A stretch of 64,000 bases of DNA, taken from NCBI GenBank assembly GCA_934364805.1, contig CAKRMH010000004.1, positions 82,668 through 146,667 of the forward strand, written 5' to 3'. Shown one piece after another: positions 60,225 to 64,000 of the stretch (within the stretch, counting starts at the first letter, position 1; each line of letters begins with the position of its first letter). The notes under the pieces are model-generated. The model was not told the DNA's origin, made no database searches, and saw nothing but the letters and a program-made list of their open reading frames with translations. The position numbers were made by a program, and so were the translations under genes. This stretch comes from an uncultured Lachnospiraceae bacterium. Its GTDB lineage: Bacteria > Bacillota > Clostridia > Lachnospirales > Lachnospiraceae.

Positions 60225-61321
60225 GTCTTGAAGTGCATATCGAAAAAAAGCTTTCCAATATGACGCTGAAAGTGGATTTTGTAAACGATCCGGCGGATGG
60301 AGTTCTTGGAATCCTGGGCGCATCAGGTTGTGGAAAAAGCATGACGTTAAAGTGTATTGCCGGGATCGAGACACCGGATCAGGGACGGATCGTATTAAAC
60401 GGGCGTGTGCTTTTTGATTCGGAAAAGAAGATCAACATGAAGGTACAGGACAGAAGAGTGGGCTATCTGTTCCAGAATTATGCACTTTTTCCCGGGATGA
60501 CTGCATTCGCTAATGTGGAAATGGCAATTCATTATTCCAATCAGCATAAAGGGATTAAGACCACACGGAAGGAAGAACATGAAAAAGCAATGTACTATAT
60601 GCGGCTTTTGCATGTGGATCAGCTGAAAGACCAGTATCCACGGACAATGTCAGGCGGACAGCAGCAGAGAGTAGCGCTGGCGAGAATCCTTGCCTCCGAT
60701 CCTGAGGTATTGATGCTGGATGAACCGTTTTCCGCAGTGGATGCCTATTTAAAAGAGCAGCTGCAGTTAGAATTATGTGATCTGCTCGGTTCTTATGGAA
60801 AGGATGTGCTGATGGTGACGCACAGCAGAGATGAGATTTACCGGTTCTGTGACCGGATGCTTGTGATCGAAGGCGGGCATCAGATGGGATATGGTACAAC
60901 AAAAGAGCTGTTTGCCGATCCGGAAACGATTGCTGCGGCACGCCTGACCGGATGCAAAAATATTGTTCATGTAGAGATCCTCGATGATTATCATCTGCTC
61001 ATCCCGGACTGGAATGCAAAGATTGCGGTAAAAGGCCGGATTCCGGAGCAGACGGCTGCAATCGGTATCCGCGCACATTATATGCATCCGGTATCTAAGG
61101 AACAGCTGGAAAACTACCGGAATCCAAAGAGTGGCGAACTGGAAAATGTCGTTGCCTGCAGCAGGCCACAGATTCTCGAAGACCCGTTTGAACGTGTCGT
61201 TGTGTTTGAACATCATGTCTGGTGGAAAATATCCAAAGAAATTTTTGAGGATGTATATAAAGAAAAACTCCCGGGATACCTGAGTATTCCTGAGAGCAGT
61301 ATTCTTTATCTTCATGAATAA
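60221..61321 (+). CDS. modC: molybdate ABC transporter ATP-binding protein with C-terminal TOBE-like domain
   Basis: Walker A GASGCGKS, signature MSGGQQQR and Walker B LMLDEPFSA, plus a ~130-aa C-terminal extension. Confidence 0.8.
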   Translation: MSLEVHIEKKLSNMTLKVDFVNDPADGVLGILGASGCGKSMTLKCIAGIETPDQGRIVLNGRVLFDSEKKINMKVQDRRVGYLFQNYALFPGMTAFANVEMAIHYSNQHKGIKTTRKEEHEKAMYYMRLLHVDQLKDQYPRTMSGGQQQRVALARILASDPEVLMLDEPFSAVDAYLKEQLQLELCDLLGSYGKDVLMVTHSRDEIYRFCDRMLVIEGGHQMGYGTTKELFADPETIAAARLTGCKNIVHVEILDDYHLLIPDWNAKIAVKGRIPEQTAAIGIRAHYMHPVSKEQLENYRNPKSGELENVVACSRPQILEDPFERVVVFEHHVWWKISKEIFEDVYKEKLPGYLSIPESSILYLHE

Positions 61322-61327
61322 AATGAG

Positions 61328-62371
61328 TCAGACCCTGCGTCGAAGAAATGCGTAAAGCTTTTCGATGTGGAGAGGCTTACCCTGAACCGCTTCTACTTTG
61401 AGGCGGTTCTCTTCATTAAACCCGACAAGAATATCATGGTTGGCTTCGGAAAGATAATCGATGATACCATCGATATCGGATTTGATATTTTTCGGGCAGT
61501 GAATATAAATGTGCTTGTTCGCTGATATATGAAGCGTATAGGAAATGCTGAAGTGATACCAGAGAAATTTGTGCAATGTGGAATATTTATAGATCCACAG
61601 AATCTCCCTGATCGGTACGATCGCATTTCCGTATTGCGAAGTCTCGATAAAATAATGCTGGGTGATAAACATATCTTCGGTAGCCAGCTGAGGGAGCGTT
61701 GCAAGTTCTTCCTCGGCTTCTTCTAACATCTTCTTCGGACTTCCAAATACGATCAGGTTCTGACAAGTTGGTGAAAGCACCGGAAAGCGGATGTATAGGA
61801 TATATGCGATCACACTTAGGACTGCATAGATCATTGTGCCATAGTAAACAATAAATAAAAATAAGGTTGGACCGACGGAGTAATCCGGCTGGCTGAGATA
61901 GTAGGTGTTCAGCTGGTTTGCAATACCATTCGTTGTCCATTCCAGATCACTGGAAAGGTTCTCAAGAAGTTTATTATAGGAATTCCCGCCGGATACTACT
62001 TTGCAGCTTACGGACAGGCTGTCAATCGTCGGAAGTCCCTGCTCGCAGGTGGAAGGATTTAAAAGAACGATTATGACGCGGTCTCCGAACGTGCAGTAAT
62101 AGTAATAGCCGATCGTGGAGCCAAAACGTGTCTTGGTGTAGCCGGTAAACGTCAGATCTGTGAGCTTTGCATGCACAAAACGGTTGCCTTCCTCATAGAC
62201 AGCGTGAAGTGTCTGGTCAGAAGACAGCGTGTCTGGATGTCTCATTTCAGAAAGTGGAAAAACGATCCACAGGACTGCAAGAAATACCAGATATAAGATT
62301 GGAGAAAAAAGTCTTCTGCGATAGAAGGCTTTTATATTTTTGGATATATAATGTTCATAATTTTCAATCAT
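61328..62371 (-). CDS. hypothetical membrane protein
   Basis: Start at MIENYEHY after AAAGGCAGG. Three TM helices. No recognised domain. The longer track ORF would overlap the downstream gene. Confidence 0.45.
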   Translation of the reverse strand: MIENYEHYISKNIKAFYRRRLFSPILYLVFLAVLWIVFPLSEMRHPDTLSSDQTLHAVYEEGNRFVHAKLTDLTFTGYTKTRFGSTIGYYYYCTFGDRVIIVLLNPSTCEQGLPTIDSLSVSCKVVSGGNSYNKLLENLSSDLEWTTNGIANQLNTYYLSQPDYSVGPTLFLFIVYYGTMIYAVLSVIAYILYIRFPVLSPTCQNLIVFGSPKKMLEEAEEELATLPQLATEDMFITQHYFIETSQYGNAIVPIREILWIYKYSTLHKFLWYHFSISYTLHISANKHIYIHCPKNIKSDIDGIIDYLSEANHDILVGFNEENRLKVEAVQGKPLHIEKLYAFLRRRV

Positions 62372-62487
62372 AGATAAACCTGCCTTTATGCTACTAGTAT
62401 AAAGGTTTGGAATCGAATAATCAACCTTGCTTTTCGGGGCAAAAGTTGTTAGTATTATCTCATTGAAGAAAAGAAACAGGAGGCAGC

Positions 62488-63294
62488 ATGGAAGCATATA
62501 CAAGTTTTGCACAGGTCTATGATATGTTCATGGATAACGTACCGTATGACAGCTGGTGTGAATATCTGAAAACACAGCTGGACAAATATGGGATCACGAC
62601 AGGAACTCTTCTGGAACTGGGCTGCGGAACGGGGAAAATGACCCGAAGAATGGCACAAGCCGGCTATGAGATGATCGGGCTTGACAATTCCATGGAGATG
62701 CTTGAGATCGCCATGGAGAGGGAAGCAGAAGTCGATTCAGAAGAAGAGGCAGACTGTGAGACAGCCGCTATGGATCTGCAGCGTCAGCCGCTTTATCTGC
62801 TTCAGGATATGCGGGAATTTGAACTATACGGGACGGTAAATGCTGTGATCAGTGTATGCGACTGCCTGAATTATATCCTTGACGAGGATGGGCTTTTTCA
62901 GGTTTTTGAAAGAGTCAGTGAGTATCTGGAACCGCAGGGAGTATTTGTGTTTGACATGAATACACTTTATAAGTATGAAGAGCTTCTGGCGGAGAATACA
63001 TTTGCAGAGAATCGCGACACCGGAAGTTTTATCTGGGAGAATTATTATGATCCCCGGGACAAAATCAATGAGTACGACCTTACGCTGTTTATTGCGGAAC
63101 AGGACGGAAGGTTTTCACGTTTTCAGGAACAGCATTATCAGAGAGGATATTCCCTGGATACGATAAAAGAACTTCTGGGGAAAGCAGGACTTGAATTTCT
63201 TGCAGCATACGATGGATATACGGAATCACCCCTTACAAAAGAGAGTGAACGTATGACCGTGATAGCAGGAAAAATGAACATCACAGATAAGTAG
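62488..63294 (+). CDS. class I SAM-dependent methyltransferase
   Basis: LELGCGTGKMT motif I, acidic motif II (IGLDNS) and VISVCDCLNY motif III. Confidence 0.75.
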   Translation: MEAYTSFAQVYDMFMDNVPYDSWCEYLKTQLDKYGITTGTLLELGCGTGKMTRRMAQAGYEMIGLDNSMEMLEIAMEREAEVDSEEEADCETAAMDLQRQPLYLLQDMREFELYGTVNAVISVCDCLNYILDEDGLFQVFERVSEYLEPQGVFVFDMNTLYKYEELLAENTFAENRDTGSFIWENYYDPRDKINEYDLTLFIAEQDGRFSRFQEQHYQRGYSLDTIKELLGKAGLEFLAAYDGYTESPLTKESERMTVIAGKMNITDK

Positions 63295-63309
63295 GAAAAG
63301 GAGACAACT

Positions 63310-64000
63310 ATGTCAGATTATATTGTACGTGCAACAGCAGCGGATAACAGCATCCGTGCGTTTGCGATCACATCAAAGGAACTTGTGGAAAAGGCAAGAC
63401 AGGCACATCAGACTTCACCGATCATGACGGCTGCGCTTGGAAGACTTCTTTCAGGCGGTGCAATGATGGGAACGATGATGAAAGGAGAGAAGGATCTTCT
63501 GACGTTACAGATCCAGTGCAGCGGTCCGGCAAAGGGACTCGTTGTAACTGCGGATTCCCATGGCAACGTAAAAGGATATGCCAATAATCCGGTTGTAGAT
63601 CTCCCACCAAATGCGCAGGGCAAATTAAATGTTGGTGGTGCACTTGATCTCGGAGTCTTAAGTGTCATCAAAGATATGGGACTGAAAGAGCCGTATGTAG
63701 GACAGTGCCAGCTTCAGACTGGAGAGATTGCGGAAGACCTTACGTATTATTTTGCAACTTCGGAGCAGATTCCTTCTGCAGTAGGACTTGGTGTACTTGT
63801 AGATAAGGACTGTTCGGTACTTCAGGCGGGAGGCTTTATCATCCAGCTGATGCCATTTACAAGTGAGGAAGTGATCGAGAAACTTGAAAAGCGTATTTCA
63901 GAAATTGATTCTGTAACCCAGATGCTGGAAAAGGGCATGACACCGGAGGATATTCTTGAGCATATCTTAGGCGAATTTGGGCTTGAGATCAATGATACGA
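63310..64000 (+). CDS. hslO: redox-regulated chaperone Hsp33, 3' partial
   Basis: MSDYIVRATAADNSIRAFAITSKELVEKARQ... is the classic Hsp33 N-terminus, preceded by AGGAGA. The ORF runs to the window end. Confidence 0.8.
   Translation, partial: MSDYIVRATAADNSIRAFAITSKELVEKARQAHQTSPIMTAALGRLLSGGAMMGTMMKGEKDLLTLQIQCSGPAKGLVVTADSHGNVKGYANNPVVDLPPNAQGKLNVGGALDLGVLSVIKDMGLKEPYVGQCQLQTGEIAEDLTYYFATSEQIPSAVGLGVLVDKDCSVLQAGGFIIQLMPFTSEEVIEKLEKRISEIDSVTQMLEKGMTPEDILEHILGEFGLEINDT

Overview
This window is a 64-kb chromosomal segment that looks like a Clostridia (Lachnospiraceae-like) Firmicutes genome. I see no rRNA, tRNA, CRISPR array, transposase or integrase. It is densely packed with about 55 protein-coding genes, mostly housekeeping and metabolic.

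Recognisable genes and operons, in order:
- A 5'-partial YhgE/Pip membrane protein, then ilvE, the serine dehydratase pair sdaAB/sdaAA, and a membrane-anchored Amidase_2.
- A HEAT + THUMP-like methyltransferase and a PAS-GGDEF-EAL c-di-GMP enzyme.
- An acetyl-esterase, a GH95/GH3 chimeric remnant ORF, a CxxCxxCC (YkgJ/FliB) protein, a MATE exporter and an Na/Pi cotransporter.
- An acidic sigma-70-like protein that lacks DNA-binding regions, then enolase on the opposite strand.
- A 12-TM + LuxR one-component regulator next to an (S/P)PXTG-anchored surface protein.
- An AraC regulator and a large GH3 whose domains appear in permuted order, then a 7TM HD-GYP protein.
- A pyrE - VanZ - M29 aminopeptidase - purE operon, then purM-purN-purD, an M32 carboxypeptidase fused to a HAD phosphatase, and an AzgA-type purine permease.
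- A MarR regulator divergent from an ABC exporter heterodimer.
- nrdD-nrdG, with a sigma-70 promoter and an NrdR-box-like site.
- A small accessory patch: a TM/TPR-like protein, a structured inverted-repeat (IR)-rich intergenic region, an XRE regulator with twin operators, and two small proteins.
- An MBL hydrolase and asnB on the minus strand.
- A small membrane protein, a second FliB-like protein and a membrane-embedded MCP.
- A DRE-TIM aldolase-like gene divergent from an MraY/WecA paralog that heads a Moco/molybdate cluster (MoeA-like, moaC, moaA, MOSC-MoaB, modABC).
- A membrane hypothetical, a SAM methyltransferase and the start of hslO.

The candidates I would look at first are the sigma-70 N-terminal protein without regions 2.3 to 4, the MraY paralog embedded at the head of a Moco operon, the M32-HAD fusion in a purine context, and the XRE-controlled module with the IR-rich leader. 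None of these can be confirmed without database and structure searches.
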